From Candidatus Eiseniibacteriota bacterium (GTDB lineage: Bacteria > Eisenbacteria > RBG-16-71-46 > CAVPCR01), in assembly GCA_963823555.1 (NCBI GenBank), contig CAWGMA010000001.1, positions 1,088,001 through 1,152,000 of the forward strand: 64,000 bases of DNA, written 5' to 3'. Positions within the stretch are counted from its first letter, which is position 1, and every line of letters begins with the position of its first letter. The position numbers and the translations under genes are program-made. The notes beneath the pieces were generated by a model. That model did no database searches. It was not told the origin of the DNA and saw only the letters and a list, made by a program, of their open reading frames with translations. Shown here one piece after another: positions 1-9,964 of the stretch.

Positions 1-2293
1 GCCACGAGCCGCATCCTCGGCATTCCGCATCAGCCGTCGACGCCGCTGTATGTCCTCATCGGCCGGCTCGCCACGCTCGTCCCGGCGGGCACCATCGCCT
101 TCCGCGTCAACATGCTGTCGGCGCTCTCGACAGCGGCCACCGCGGTCTTTGCCTATCTTGCCGTGCTGCATCTCGTGGGACGCATGGGTCACGCTCGAGG
201 CCCGGCCATCGTGGGCGGGCTCGTGGCCGGCATCCTCACCGCCTTCTCCCGCACGATCTGGTTCAATGCTCTAGAGGCCGAGGTCTACGCGCTCTCGGGG
301 ATGATGGTGGCGATCTCGATCTGGGCCATTCTCTCCTGGGCCGATGGCCGAGAGGAGCGGCGCGACACACGGGTGCTGCTGGTCATCTTCTACCTCTTGA
401 GTCTCTCCATCGGCATTCACCTCGGAACCTATCTCGTACTGCCGGGCTTGGTCGTTCTCGTCATCCTTGAGCGGCCGGCGGGCCTTCTCACCTCGCGGGA
501 CCTCCTCGTGTGGCTCGTGGCCTTCCCCGTGGTGGGGCTCGTCCTCGTGGCCTTCGCCCGCAAGCTCGGGCTCGACGCCGGCGGCGATGCGTTTGCGCTC
601 CTGGCCGCGGCGCTCCTCTGCCTCGCGGCGGTCGAGGATCGGAGGTTCGCGGGCGCCCTCATCGCCCTCTTCCTCTTGGGCGTGAGCGTGCACCTCTTTC
701 TCCCCATTCGCTCCCGTCTCGGACCCATCATCAACGAGGGGCAACCGGACAACTGGCAGGCGTTCTGGGACACGCTGACCCGCGCCCAGTATCCGGCTCC
801 CGATGTGATGGTGCGACGCGCCCCGCTCGACTTCCAGTTCGATCACATGTTCCTGCGCTACGTGCGGGAGCAGTGGCCCGTGATCCCGCGTGTCCTCGGC
901 GGTCTCCTGTTTCCCCTCCTTGCTCTCGGCGGCGCCGTGGCCGAGGCGCGCCGGGACCGGCACGGCTTCTGGATGATGCTCGTCCTGGCCGTGGTCGCCG
1001 GACCCTTGATGGTGCTCTACCTCAACTTCACTGCCAACGAGGTCCGCGAGCGCGACTACTTCTTCACGCTCTTCTATCAGTTGACGGCGCTCTGGGCCGG
1101 GCTCGGAGCGGCGACAGTGGCGGCGATCGCGGCCGGGGGGGCGCGGCGAGCGATCTCGGGTCCGGTTCGTCTGGTGGTGGCCGGCGCGCTCCTTGTTCTT
1201 CTCGCCCTGGTTCCCCTTTCCCGCATGTGGTTCGAGCACGACCGCAGTCACGACTGGATCGCTCGCGATTACGCCTATAACCTGCTCGTGCCCTTGCCCC
1301 GAGATGCGGTCCTCCTCACCAACGGCGACAACGACACGTTCCCCCTGTGGTACCTCCAGGAGGTGGAGGACATCCGCAAGGATGTGCGCGTGGTGAACCT
1401 GAGCCTCCTCAACACGCCCTGGTACTTGAAGCAGATCCGCGACTACGAGCCGCAGGTGCCGCTGGGGCTCTCCGACGCGCAGATCGCCGCCCTCAGACCG
1501 ATCTATGACGAAGCCTCGAGGCGCGTCATCTACGTCAAGGACCTCGCCGTCCAGGCCATCCTGGCCGCCACGCCGCCCGAGCGACCGGTGTACCTGGCCG
1601 TCACCGTTCCCGATCTGATGGGTCTCGATGAACGTCTCACCATGGAGGGGCTGGCGCGCCGCATCCATCCCGGACCCACCGCCGTCCGCGTGGATGTCGA
1701 GACCTGCCGGCGCAATCTGGACGAGGTGTTCACGCCGCTCCGCGGCATCCTGACCCCGTCCGGCGAGACCGATACCTCGCTCTTCCGCGACGAGAACGAG
1801 ACCCGCCTCTTGCAGAACTACGCCGCGATCTCGTTCTACCTGGCGGTCGAGTACGACCGGCAGGGGAACCTCGAGGACGCGCTGGCGCAGTCCGAGCGGG
1901 CGCTCCAGATCAGCCCCGGCTTCTCCGGGAACCGCCTCTTCCTCGGCATTCTCATCGAGAAGACGGGGGATGTGGCGCGCGCGGAGGCGCACTACCGCGA
2001 GGCCCTGCGCTTCTATCCGGACGATGCGCGCTTCACCAACCGGCTCGGGCTCGTGCTGGCCGCCGGGGGCAAGATCGCCGAGGCCGTGCCGATGTTAAGG
2101 AGGGCGATGGTCCTGGGCGGGCCGGGGTACTTCGATCCCTACGCCGGTCTGTTCGAGATCTACTACCAGGTGGGGCACGTGGATTCGGCGGTGGCGGTTC
2201 TCGATGCCTGGCTGGATGGCCACCCCGAACGATGCCGAGGTGCGGGAGGTCCGCGACCGGGCGGCCCGCGGCGAAATGCCGCCGGGGATGTGA
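1..2293 (+). CDS. DUF2723 / TMEM260-like GT-C membrane glycosyltransferase with C-terminal TPRs (5' truncated; apparent +1 frameshift near 2223-2226)
   Basis: Frame 1 from base 1 reads ATSRILGIPHQPSTPLYVLIG (DUF2723 GIPHPPGxPLY-like). It also has EAEVY, INEGQPDNW, EVRERDYFF and TNGDNDTFPLWYLQEVE..R.DVRVVNLSLLNTPWY, many TM segments and TPR-like helices. Removing one C from the C4 run gives HPNDAEVREVRDRAARGEMPPGM* with TGA at 2291-2293, just ahead of the next gene's RBS. Confidence 0.88.
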
Positions 2294-2311
2294 GCCGAGG
2301 GGGAGGACTTG

Positions 2312-3292
2312 ATGGCAGAACGTGCTCTGGTCACGGGAGTGGCCGGGTTCATCGGTTCGCATCTCGCCGAGGCGCTGCTCGCCCGGGGCGATGAGGTCGT
2401 GGGCGTCGACTGCTTCACCGACTACTACGATCCGCGGCTCAAGGAACAGAACCTGGCAGCGATCCGCGATCATCCTCGCTTCCATCTGGTGCGTGCCGAT
2501 CTCAACGAGGTCGACCTCGAGGCGACCGCTGCCGACGTCGAAGTCGTCTACCATCAGGCCGCTCAGGCCGGTGTCCGCGCCAGCTGGGGGAGCGAGTTCA
2601 CGACCTATACCCGCCAGAACGTGGATGCCACGCAGCGTCTGCTCGAGTTCTTCCGGCCGCGGTCGCTCAGGCGCTTTGTCTACGCCTCCTCGTCGTCGGT
2701 GTACGGCGAGACGACCGAGCTGCCGATGCGCGAGGACGCGCCGACGCGTCCCTATTCTCCCTACGGCGTGACCAAGCTCGCGGGCGAGCATCTGGTTCGT
2801 CTCTACCACCGCAACTTCGGGTTGCCTGCCGTGGCGCTGCGCTACTTCACGGTCTACGGCCCGCGCCAGCGGCCCGACATGGCATTTCACCGTTTCATCA
2901 ACGCGCTGCTCGTTCGGAATCCCATCCAGGTCTACGGGGATGGGATGCAGACCCGCGACTTCACCTACATCTCGGATGCGGTGGCGGCCAACCTCGCCGC
3001 CGCCGAGCGCGGGGCTCCCGGCGGGGTCTACAACATCGGCGGTGGATCACGGGTGACGGTGCGGGAGTGCCTCGATCTCGTGCTCGGTCTCGTCGGCCAG
3101 GGAGAGGTGCGCTACGTCCCGCGGCAGCACGGAGACGTGACGCATACCTATGCCGACACCGGGAGGGCGCGGGAGGAGCTGGGATTCAGGCCCGAGGTCT
3201 CCCTGGCTGCCGGGCTCGAGCGCCAGGTCGAGTGGCAGCGGGGGCTCATGGGTGGGGTGCGGGCGGGAGCCGGGCCGGGCGAGGCAGGGTAG
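2312..3292 (+). CDS. NAD-dependent sugar-nucleotide epimerase/dehydratase (UDP-glucuronate 4-epimerase-like)
   Basis: TGVAGFIGSH, AAQAGVR, ASSSSVYG, SPYGVTK (YxxxK), LRYFTVYGPRQRPDMAF; GGAGG RBS upstream. Confidence 0.9.
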   Translation: MAERALVTGVAGFIGSHLAEALLARGDEVVGVDCFTDYYDPRLKEQNLAAIRDHPRFHLVRADLNEVDLEATAADVEVVYHQAAQAGVRASWGSEFTTYTRQNVDATQRLLEFFRPRSLRRFVYASSSSVYGETTELPMREDAPTRPYSPYGVTKLAGEHLVRLYHRNFGLPAVALRYFTVYGPRQRPDMAFHRFINALLVRNPIQVYGDGMQTRDFTYISDAVAANLAAAERGAPGGVYNIGGGSRVTVRECLDLVLGLVGQGEVRYVPRQHGDVTHTYADTGRAREELGFRPEVSLAAGLERQVEWQRGLMGGVRAGAGPGEAG

Positions 3293-3375
3293 GGTCGCCT
3301 TGGAACTCGCGAACGCGCCCGGGGTGCCCTGGGGAGCCTCGAGGCCGATCTCCGCCCAGGGAGCACCCTTTGGGT

Positions 3376-3381
3376 TATGCT
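3376..3381 (+). promoter_or_regulatory. Candidate -10 box (TATGCT) 7 nt before ATG 3389; possible leaderless internal promoter
   Basis: TATGCT-acgggcg-ATG; no obvious RBS and no clear -35. Confidence 0.35.
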
Positions 3382-3388
3382 ACGGGCG

Positions 3389-4369
3389 ATGACGATCGAC
3401 TTGAGGGAAAAGGAGATCCCGCGGCGAGAGCCCGCCGCGGCCGAGCCGCGCGGCGTGAGCGTCGTGGTTCCCGTCTACAACGAGGCCGATTCTGTGCAGC
3501 CGCTGGCCTCGAGGATGGCCACGGTCCTCGCCGAGCTGGGGGTTCCCTACGAGATCCTGTTCATCGACGATGGCTCGACGGACGGGACCTTCGCCGAGAT
3601 CATCAGCGCTCGCGCCACGAACCCCGCCATCCGCGCCATCCGCTTCCGCCGCAATTTCGGCAAGTCCGCCGCCCTGGCCGCCGCCTTTCGCGAGGTGCGC
3701 GGCGATCTGATCGTGACCATCGATGGCGACCTGCAGGACGAGCCGGCCGAGATCCCGGAGCTCCTGCGCAAGCTCGATGAGGGCTACGACCTCGTCTCCG
3801 GCTGGAAACAGAAGCGCCGGGATCCCCTGTCGAAGCGCCTGCCATCCAAGCTCTACAATCTCGTAACTCGCCGCATTTCAGGGCTTTCCATCCACGATTT
3901 CAACTGTGGTCTCAAGGCCTACCGGCGCCACGTGGTGGAGGCCATCGAGATCTACGGCGAGCTGCATCGTTACATCCCCGCGCTCGCCCACTGGGCCGGC
4001 TTCCGGGTGACGGAGGTGCCTGTTCTCCACCATCCGCGCCAGCACGGGAGGAGCAAGTTCGGGAGCTCGCGCTACCTGAACGGGCTCCTCGATCTCCTGG
4101 GCGTCATGTTCCTGAACTCGAGCGAGCGCAGTCCGCTCCATCTCTTCGGCCGGCTCGGGATCTTCACCGGCCTCGCTGGATTCCTGATCTGCCTCGTCTT
4201 CCTCATCGAGTGGATCGGTGGCAGCCCGCTCCGGGTGCGGCCGCTCATGCTGTTCGGCGTCGCCCTGATCCTCCTCGGCGTGCAGTTCGTGAGCATGGGC
4301 TTTCTCGGCGAGCTCATAGCCAAGGAGCGCGGCGCCCGTCCATATCCCATCCGAGAACGACTGGGTTAG
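3389..4369 (+). CDS. GT2 polyprenyl-phosphate glycosyltransferase (ArnC/GtrB-like)
   Basis: VVVPVYNE, IDDGSTDGT, RNFGKSAAL, TIDGDLQDEP, DFNCGLKAY, GELHRYIP; two C-terminal TM helices. Confidence 0.88.
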   Translation: MTIDLREKEIPRREPAAAEPRGVSVVVPVYNEADSVQPLASRMATVLAELGVPYEILFIDDGSTDGTFAEIISARATNPAIRAIRFRRNFGKSAALAAAFREVRGDLIVTIDGDLQDEPAEIPELLRKLDEGYDLVSGWKQKRRDPLSKRLPSKLYNLVTRRISGLSIHDFNCGLKAYRRHVVEAIEIYGELHRYIPALAHWAGFRVTEVPVLHHPRQHGRSKFGSSRYLNGLLDLLGVMFLNSSERSPLHLFGRLGIFTGLAGFLICLVFLIEWIGGSPLRVRPLMLFGVALILLGVQFVSMGFLGELIAKERGARPYPIRERLG

Positions 4370-4375
4370 GGGACG

Positions 4376-5278
4376 ATGGATGCCCCCCGAGTGCTGGTCA
4401 TCGTCGTCCACTGGAACGGATTCGCGGTGAGCGAGCGCTGTGTGGCCTCGCTCCAGGCGCTGACCTACCCGGCCGTCGATCTCCTCGTGATCGACAACGC
4501 GTCGATCGATGGATCAGGGGAGGCGCTGGCGGCGCGCTTTCCCGACGTCGAGATCCTGCGCCTGACCGAGAACCGCCTCTATGCCGGCGGGGCCAATCGC
4601 GGGCTCGAGCGCGCCCTGGCCGCGGGTTACGCTCACGCCGTGGTCCTCAACAATGACACCGAAGCCGAGCCCGACCTGATCGAGCGTCTGGTCGAGGTGG
4701 CGGAGTCCGATCGCCGCATCGCCTTCGTCGGCCCCAAGATCCTCTACCTGGACCGGCCCGATCTCATCTGGTCGGCCGGGGGGAGGATCGACTACTGGCG
4801 CGGGCTCTTCCAGCATCACGGGCTCAGGCAGCCGGATGGCCCCCGTTTCGATGCCGTGCGCGACGTCGATTATCTGACCGGCTGCTGCATCCTGGCCACG
4901 CGCCGCGCCCTCGTCGAGGTCGGCACCCTCGACGAGAGCTATGTCATGTACTCCGAGGATGCGGACTGGTGCCGGCGTGCCCAGCGGCTCGGATTCCGTG
5001 TCGTGTATGCGCCGCGCGCGCGGCTCAAGCACGCCGTCTCCGCGGCCTCGGGCGGTGGGCTCACGCCCTACAAGATGTACCACCGCGTCCACTCGAACCT
5101 CCTGTTCTTCTGGCGTCACGCCCGCCCCTGGCACTGGCTCACCATTCCCATTCTGCTGCCGCTCGCCTTCCTCGGCTTCGCCGGCCGCGAGGTTGCGCGC
5201 GGCAACTTCGCGGTCTTGAAGGCGGCGTTCCGGGCCCTCGGCGAGGTCTTTCGCCGATCCCCGCGCCGGACCACCTGA
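4376..5278 (+). CDS. GT2 glycosyltransferase (WbbL/rhamnosyltransferase-like)
   Basis: VIVVHWNG, IDNASIDGS, LNNDT, DYLTGCCIL, MYSEDADWCRRA. Confidence 0.85.
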   Translation: MDAPRVLVIVVHWNGFAVSERCVASLQALTYPAVDLLVIDNASIDGSGEALAARFPDVEILRLTENRLYAGGANRGLERALAAGYAHAVVLNNDTEAEPDLIERLVEVAESDRRIAFVGPKILYLDRPDLIWSAGGRIDYWRGLFQHHGLRQPDGPRFDAVRDVDYLTGCCILATRRALVEVGTLDESYVMYSEDADWCRRAQRLGFRVVYAPRARLKHAVSAASGGGLTPYKMYHRVHSNLLFFWRHARPWHWLTIPILLPLAFLGFAGREVARGNFAVLKAAFRALGEVFRRSPRRTT

Positions 5279-5297
5279 GGCGTGGAGGAAGCCCGAG

Positions 5298-6341
5298 GTG
5301 CGCGTGCTCCACATCGCGGCCGAGATCGCCGGACAACCGGCCTTGCTTTGCCGCGGGCTGCGCGCGCTCGGCGTCGATGCCCGGTCGCTGTCGTTGCATC
5401 CGTCCTGGCTCGGATATGAGAGCGACATCGCGATCGACGGCCGAGGCGGGGCCGGCTTCTTCCGCCGCGTGGCCGCCCTCGCCCGGCACGGCCGGGGTCT
5501 CGACATCGTGCACATCCACTTCGGCACGACCTTTCTGCCGCGGCTCCTGGATGTGCCTCTCCTCGCCCTGGCCGGGGCCCGACTCGTCTTCCACTTTCAT
5601 GGTTGTGAAGTGCGGCCCCGGGCGGCGATGCTCGAGCGCCATGCGCTTTCCGCGTGCAGCGAATGCCCGGTGTACTGCGTGCCCGAGAAGCAGGCACGGC
5701 TCCTCGAGATCGCCCGCCGCCACGGAGCGCTCTTGATCGTCTCGACGCCCGATCTCCTCGAGGCCGTTCCCGAAGCCGAGCATCTCCCGGTCGCGATCGA
5801 TCTGGAGGATTGGATCGAGCTCGGCAAGCGCGTCGCGGCGGCCCCGGGCTTCGTGGTCCTGCATGCGCCGAGCGACCCTGCCATCAAGGGCACGCCGCAC
5901 GTCGAAGCCGCGCTCCGGGAGGTGGCCGCCGCGCATCCCGACGTCCGGCTCGAGCTGGTCGAGGGAGAACCGGCGGCGAAGGCGCGGCTGCGCTATGCCC
6001 CGGCCACGGTCGCCGTGGACCAGCTGCATCTCGGCTGGTACGGGCTCTTCGCCGTCGAGGCGATGGCCCTCGAGAAGCCGGTGCTGGTCTACATCCGGCC
6101 CGACCTCGATCGGCCCGAGCTCCCGGTCGTGCGCACGACCCGCGAACGTCTGGCCGCGGATCTCGCCCTGCTCCATGGCGATCGCCGGCGGGTCGACGAG
6201 CTCGGCGCGGCCGGCCGCTCCTACGTGGCCCGAGTGCACGATCTCAAGGCCGTGAGCCGTCGGCTCCTCGACCTCTATCGGGGTCGCGTCATGCGCTCCT
6301 CCGGGGTCGAGGCCGTCCGCAGCGCCGCTGGAGGTGCCTGA
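5298..6341 (+). CDS. GT-B fold glycosyltransferase (GT4-like)
   Basis: MRVLHI start, HFHGCEVR, HAPSDPAIKGT, VDQLHLGWYGLFAVEAMALEKPV. Confidence 0.8.
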   Translation: MRVLHIAAEIAGQPALLCRGLRALGVDARSLSLHPSWLGYESDIAIDGRGGAGFFRRVAALARHGRGLDIVHIHFGTTFLPRLLDVPLLALAGARLVFHFHGCEVRPRAAMLERHALSACSECPVYCVPEKQARLLEIARRHGALLIVSTPDLLEAVPEAEHLPVAIDLEDWIELGKRVAAAPGFVVLHAPSDPAIKGTPHVEAALREVAAAHPDVRLELVEGEPAAKARLRYAPATVAVDQLHLGWYGLFAVEAMALEKPVLVYIRPDLDRPELPVVRTTRERLAADLALLHGDRRRVDELGAAGRSYVARVHDLKAVSRRLLDLYRGRVMRSSGVEAVRSAAGGA

Positions 6342-7921
6342 TGGGAGTGGGGACCGACCTCCCGGCGCCGGGTCCGGGCGGGCCCGAGGGCGACAGCACG
6401 CCATCGGTGGCGCGGCGGGTGAAGGGCCTCACCAAGGACTCGATGGTCTACGGCCTCGGCATGGCCGGCCAGAAGCTGATCGGTCTCATCCTGCTCCCCA
6501 TCCTGACGCGGATCTTCGAGCCGGCCGAGTACGGCGCCAGCGAGCTCATCGGTCTCCTGCAACTCCTCATCACGTACTTCGTGGTCTTCGGCAACGATGC
6601 CGCTCTCCTGCGCTACATCTTCGACACGGATTCCGAGATGGATCGGCGGCGAATCGCCGCTCTCGGCCTCTCGTTCCGCGCGATCATGGCCGTCCTGTTC
6701 ACGCTCCTGCTCTTGCCCATGGCCGGCAACTTCTCCCAGCTCATCTTTCGCAACCTCGACTACAGCTCGCTCATCGTTCTCACACTCCTGGATCTACCCT
6801 TCACGACGACGGTCAAGTTCTGTATCGATCTGTTGCGGGTGCGCCTGCGCCCCGGCCAGTTCGTCGCCTACTCGCTCGGCAACCTGGCCGCCATCGCCAT
6901 TCTCACCCTGGTCTTCACGCCGGATGTGCTCCATGTCGAGCTGCCGCTCGTGGGTGCGGAGGTCGTGCTGCACGGGCAGGGGATGGGGCTCACCGGACTG
7001 TTCCTGGCCCGACTCGTTGCCGACGTGATCTTCACGGTCATCGGCCTGATCTGGACCTGGAAGGACCTGAGCCTTCCCAAGTCCCTTGGCGTGCTCGGCG
7101 ACATGCTGCGCTACGGGTTGCCTCTGGTGCCGGTCGGCCTCGCGCAGTTCGTGCTCGCCTACGCCGATCGTTATGTGCTCAACCGCTACGTGTCGCTCGA
7201 TCAGGTGGGGCCCTACTCGGTCGGGGCCAAGGTCGCCTCGTTCATGATGCTGTTCGTCGCGGCATTCCAGTACGCCTGGGGACCGTTTGCCATCTCCATC
7301 TTCCGCGAGGCCAACGCACGCCAGACCTATGCCAAGGTCTTCTCGCTCTACGCTTTCGTTGCCGGCGCGATCGGGCTCGTGCTGACCTGTCTGGCGCGCG
7401 AGTTCCTGGCCTTCATCACTACGGGCCACTACGTGCACGGTTATCGTATGGCGGGCTTCCTCGTCTTCGCCGCCATGGCCAACGGCGCCTTTTTCATTCC
7501 GGCGACCGGGTTGCAGATCGCCAAGCGCACGGGCGTGATGGGCGGGATCGCGGTGTTCGCCGCCATTCTCAACGTGGCGCTCAGCCTCCTCCTGGTGCGC
7601 CCCCTCGACGTCTACGGGGTGGCCACCGCCAGCCTGGTCGCGCAGACCGTGGCCACCGTCGTGCTGTTCGCCGTCGCCCAGCGTATCTATCCGGTGCCCT
7701 TCCATCCCGGGCGGGTGGCCCTCACGTTCTTCATGGCCATCAGCCTGGCGGCGGCGGGCATCTACTTCGGGCGAACCGGGGCGGGTGCTGCGCTCATCTC
7801 CACCCTGGTTGCTCTCGGCCTGTACGTGGTCGGGACCCTGGGGCTCAAGGTCATCGACATGCAAGATTTGACGATCTTGCGCAACTACCTGCAGAAGAAG
7901 ACCGCCACCTGGAGAGGCTAG
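6341..7921 (+). CDS. Wzx-type oligosaccharide flippase
   Basis: TGATG coupling; KDSMVYGLG..ILLPILTRIFEPAEYG, LRYGLPLVP, YADRYVL, VGPYSVGAKVA, FQYAWGPF; many TM helices. Confidence 0.85.
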   Translation: MGVGTDLPAPGPGGPEGDSTPSVARRVKGLTKDSMVYGLGMAGQKLIGLILLPILTRIFEPAEYGASELIGLLQLLITYFVVFGNDAALLRYIFDTDSEMDRRRIAALGLSFRAIMAVLFTLLLLPMAGNFSQLIFRNLDYSSLIVLTLLDLPFTTTVKFCIDLLRVRLRPGQFVAYSLGNLAAIAILTLVFTPDVLHVELPLVGAEVVLHGQGMGLTGLFLARLVADVIFTVIGLIWTWKDLSLPKSLGVLGDMLRYGLPLVPVGLAQFVLAYADRYVLNRYVSLDQVGPYSVGAKVASFMMLFVAAFQYAWGPFAISIFREANARQTYAKVFSLYAFVAGAIGLVLTCLAREFLAFITTGHYVHGYRMAGFLVFAAMANGAFFIPATGLQIAKRTGVMGGIAVFAAILNVALSLLLVRPLDVYGVATASLVAQTVATVVLFAVAQRIYPVPFHPGRVALTFFMAISLAAAGIYFGRTGAGAALISTLVALGLYVVGTLGLKVIDMQDLTILRNYLQKKTATWRG

Positions 7922-7927
7922 GAGCGA

Positions 7928-9964
7928 ATGTGCGGGATTGCCGGCATCTTCCGTCTCGATGGCGCTCCGGTCCCGGTGGCCCGGGTCGAGCGCATGGCGG
8001 CGGCGATGCGCCACCGCGGACCCGATGACGAGGGGTTCGTGGCCCTCGACCCCGCTGGTGTCGAGCCCGCCATCGTCCGGGCCGGCTCGCGGACGGCGGC
8101 CGGAGTTCCCGGCGCGCCCTACCCGTGGTGCCCGCCGGCCTCTCCTGATCCGCATCCCCCGGCGCGCCCGCTCGTGCTCGGCCAGGTCCGGCTGGCCATC
8201 ATCGATCTCTCCCCCGGCGGCCATCAGCCACTGTCGAGCGCCGACGGGGCGATCTGGGTGACGTTCGGCGGGGAGATCTTCAACTACATCGAGCTCCGGC
8301 AGGAGCTCCGCGCCCGCGGGTACGAGTTCCGGTCGGCCACGGATACCGAGGTGCTCGTTCACGGCTGGGCCGAGTGGGGCGAGGGGCTCTTCTCCCGCTT
8401 GAACGGCATGTGGGCGATCGCGCTGTGGGACGCGCGGCAGCGCCGGCTGGTGGTGAGCCGCGATCGGCTGGGCATCAAGCCCTTCTACTACCGTCACGAC
8501 GGGAAGGAGTTCGCGTTCGCCTCCGAGCTCCATGGCCTGCTCGCGATCGCGTCGGCGGAGCCCGATCCCCGGGCCGTGAGCCTTCTCGTCGCCGCCGGTC
8601 GCGTGGACACGGGGGAGGAAACGTTCTTCACCGGCATCCGGAGCTTGCCGGCGGCGCACCACGCGCGCATCGAGCGCGACGGGGTCCACCCCACTCGCTT
8701 CTGGGATCTGCCGGCCGGGCCTGAGGCATCCGCTCGTGAAGTGAGCGCCGCTCACGGCGCCGACCTGAGGCCGGTCGCCGCCGAACTTCGCGACCTCGTC
8801 ACCGATGCGGTGCGCCTCCGCCTGCGCAGCGACGTGCCGGTCGGGACCTGCCTCTCCGGGGGGATCGACTCCTCCTCGATCGTGGCCATCGGCACGAGCT
8901 TGCTCGGGGCATCGATGGACGCCTACTCGGTAGCCTACGACGAGGGCGTCGAGTTCGACGAGCGTTCACACATGCGTGTGGTCGTGACCGCCACCGGGGC
9001 CCGTCACCATCTCGTCGTGCCGCGCGGGGAGAATCTCCTCGCCGATCTTCTCGAGGTCTCGCGCATTCAGGAGGAGCCGACCGCCGGGCCCGGTGTCTAC
9101 TCCCAGTGGCACGTGATGCGTCTTGCCGGGCAGAACGGGGCCAAGGTGCTGCTCGACGGGCAGGGGGCCGACGAGCTGTTCGGCGGCTACTTCGCCTTCT
9201 ACTATCCGCTGCGCCTGCGCGATCTGATCGTGCGGGGAGAGATCCGGGCCGCCAGCGCCCTGGCGCGGGCCGCGGTGCGCCGCGGTCACTCGCCGCTCGA
9301 GGTGGCGGCGCGCGCCGCGGAACCGTGGATCCCCGCCGCCGTCTTCCGCCGCGGCCGGGAATGGCTCGGAGCGGGCGACTGGGCCCGTGTCCTCACGCCG
9401 GAGCTCGGGGGCATGGCCCGCGCGGAGTCCGCGCGCACGCGGCACGCCGCCGGATGGACCGGGGATCCCATGACCGCACGCATGGCCGCCGATGTGCGGA
9501 GTCTCCTCCTGCCATCGCTCCTGCGCTACGAGGACCGCAACTCGATGGCCTTCTCGATCGAGGCCCGCGTGCCGTTCCTCGACTATCGCGTCGTCGAGCG
9601 CGCCTTCACGCTCGGTCCAGAGGCGAAGCTCACCGGCGCCATCACCAAGGTCGTGCTGCGCGAGGCGATGCGCGGTATCGCCCCCGCGGACATCCTGGCG
9701 CGAACCGACAAGCGGGGGTTCGAAACCCCGGTCGTGCGCTGGCTTGCCGCCCGTCACGGCGCCGTGCTCAGGGAAATGCTGGTATCGGGTCGCGCTGTCG
9801 AGCGCGGGTTCCTGCGCCGGCGCGGCGTGGCGGCGGTGGTGGACGAGCTCTTGCGTCGACCGCGCGGCCCGGGCCACGACGTGTGGCGGCTCTTGTCGCT
9901 CGAGGCGTGGCTGCGCACCGCCTTCGATCCCGGAGGTTTCGCGCGAGGGAGCGAACTCGGATGA
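7928..9964 (+). CDS. asnB: AsnB-family amidotransferase, polysaccharide-locus type
   Basis: MCGIAG, HRGPDDEG, RLAIIDLS..GHQP, RDRLGIKPFYY, LSGGIDSS, LDGQGADELFGGY, LLRYEDRNSMAFSIEARVPFLDY, KRGFETP. Confidence 0.9.
   Translation: MCGIAGIFRLDGAPVPVARVERMAAAMRHRGPDDEGFVALDPAGVEPAIVRAGSRTAAGVPGAPYPWCPPASPDPHPPARPLVLGQVRLAIIDLSPGGHQPLSSADGAIWVTFGGEIFNYIELRQELRARGYEFRSATDTEVLVHGWAEWGEGLFSRLNGMWAIALWDARQRRLVVSRDRLGIKPFYYRHDGKEFAFASELHGLLAIASAEPDPRAVSLLVAAGRVDTGEETFFTGIRSLPAAHHARIERDGVHPTRFWDLPAGPEASAREVSAAHGADLRPVAAELRDLVTDAVRLRLRSDVPVGTCLSGGIDSSSIVAIGTSLLGASMDAYSVAYDEGVEFDERSHMRVVVTATGARHHLVVPRGENLLADLLEVSRIQEEPTAGPGVYSQWHVMRLAGQNGAKVLLDGQGADELFGGYFAFYYPLRLRDLIVRGEIRAASALARAAVRRGHSPLEVAARAAEPWIPAAVFRRGREWLGAGDWARVLTPELGGMARAESARTRHAAGWTGDPMTARMAADVRSLLLPSLLRYEDRNSMAFSIEARVPFLDYRVVERAFTLGPEAKLTGAITKVVLREAMRGIAPADILARTDKRGFETPVVRWLAARHGAVLREMLVSGRAVERGFLRRRGVAAVVDELLRRPRGPGHDVWRLLSLEAWLRTAFDPGGFARGSELG

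Noticed and set aside
271..1992. Long antisense and alternate-frame ORFs throughout (e.g. 271-1992, 6794-8755, 14255-16318, 55533-57431)
   Set aside because: Shadow ORFs expected at high GC; they overlap well-supported genes and show no motifs.
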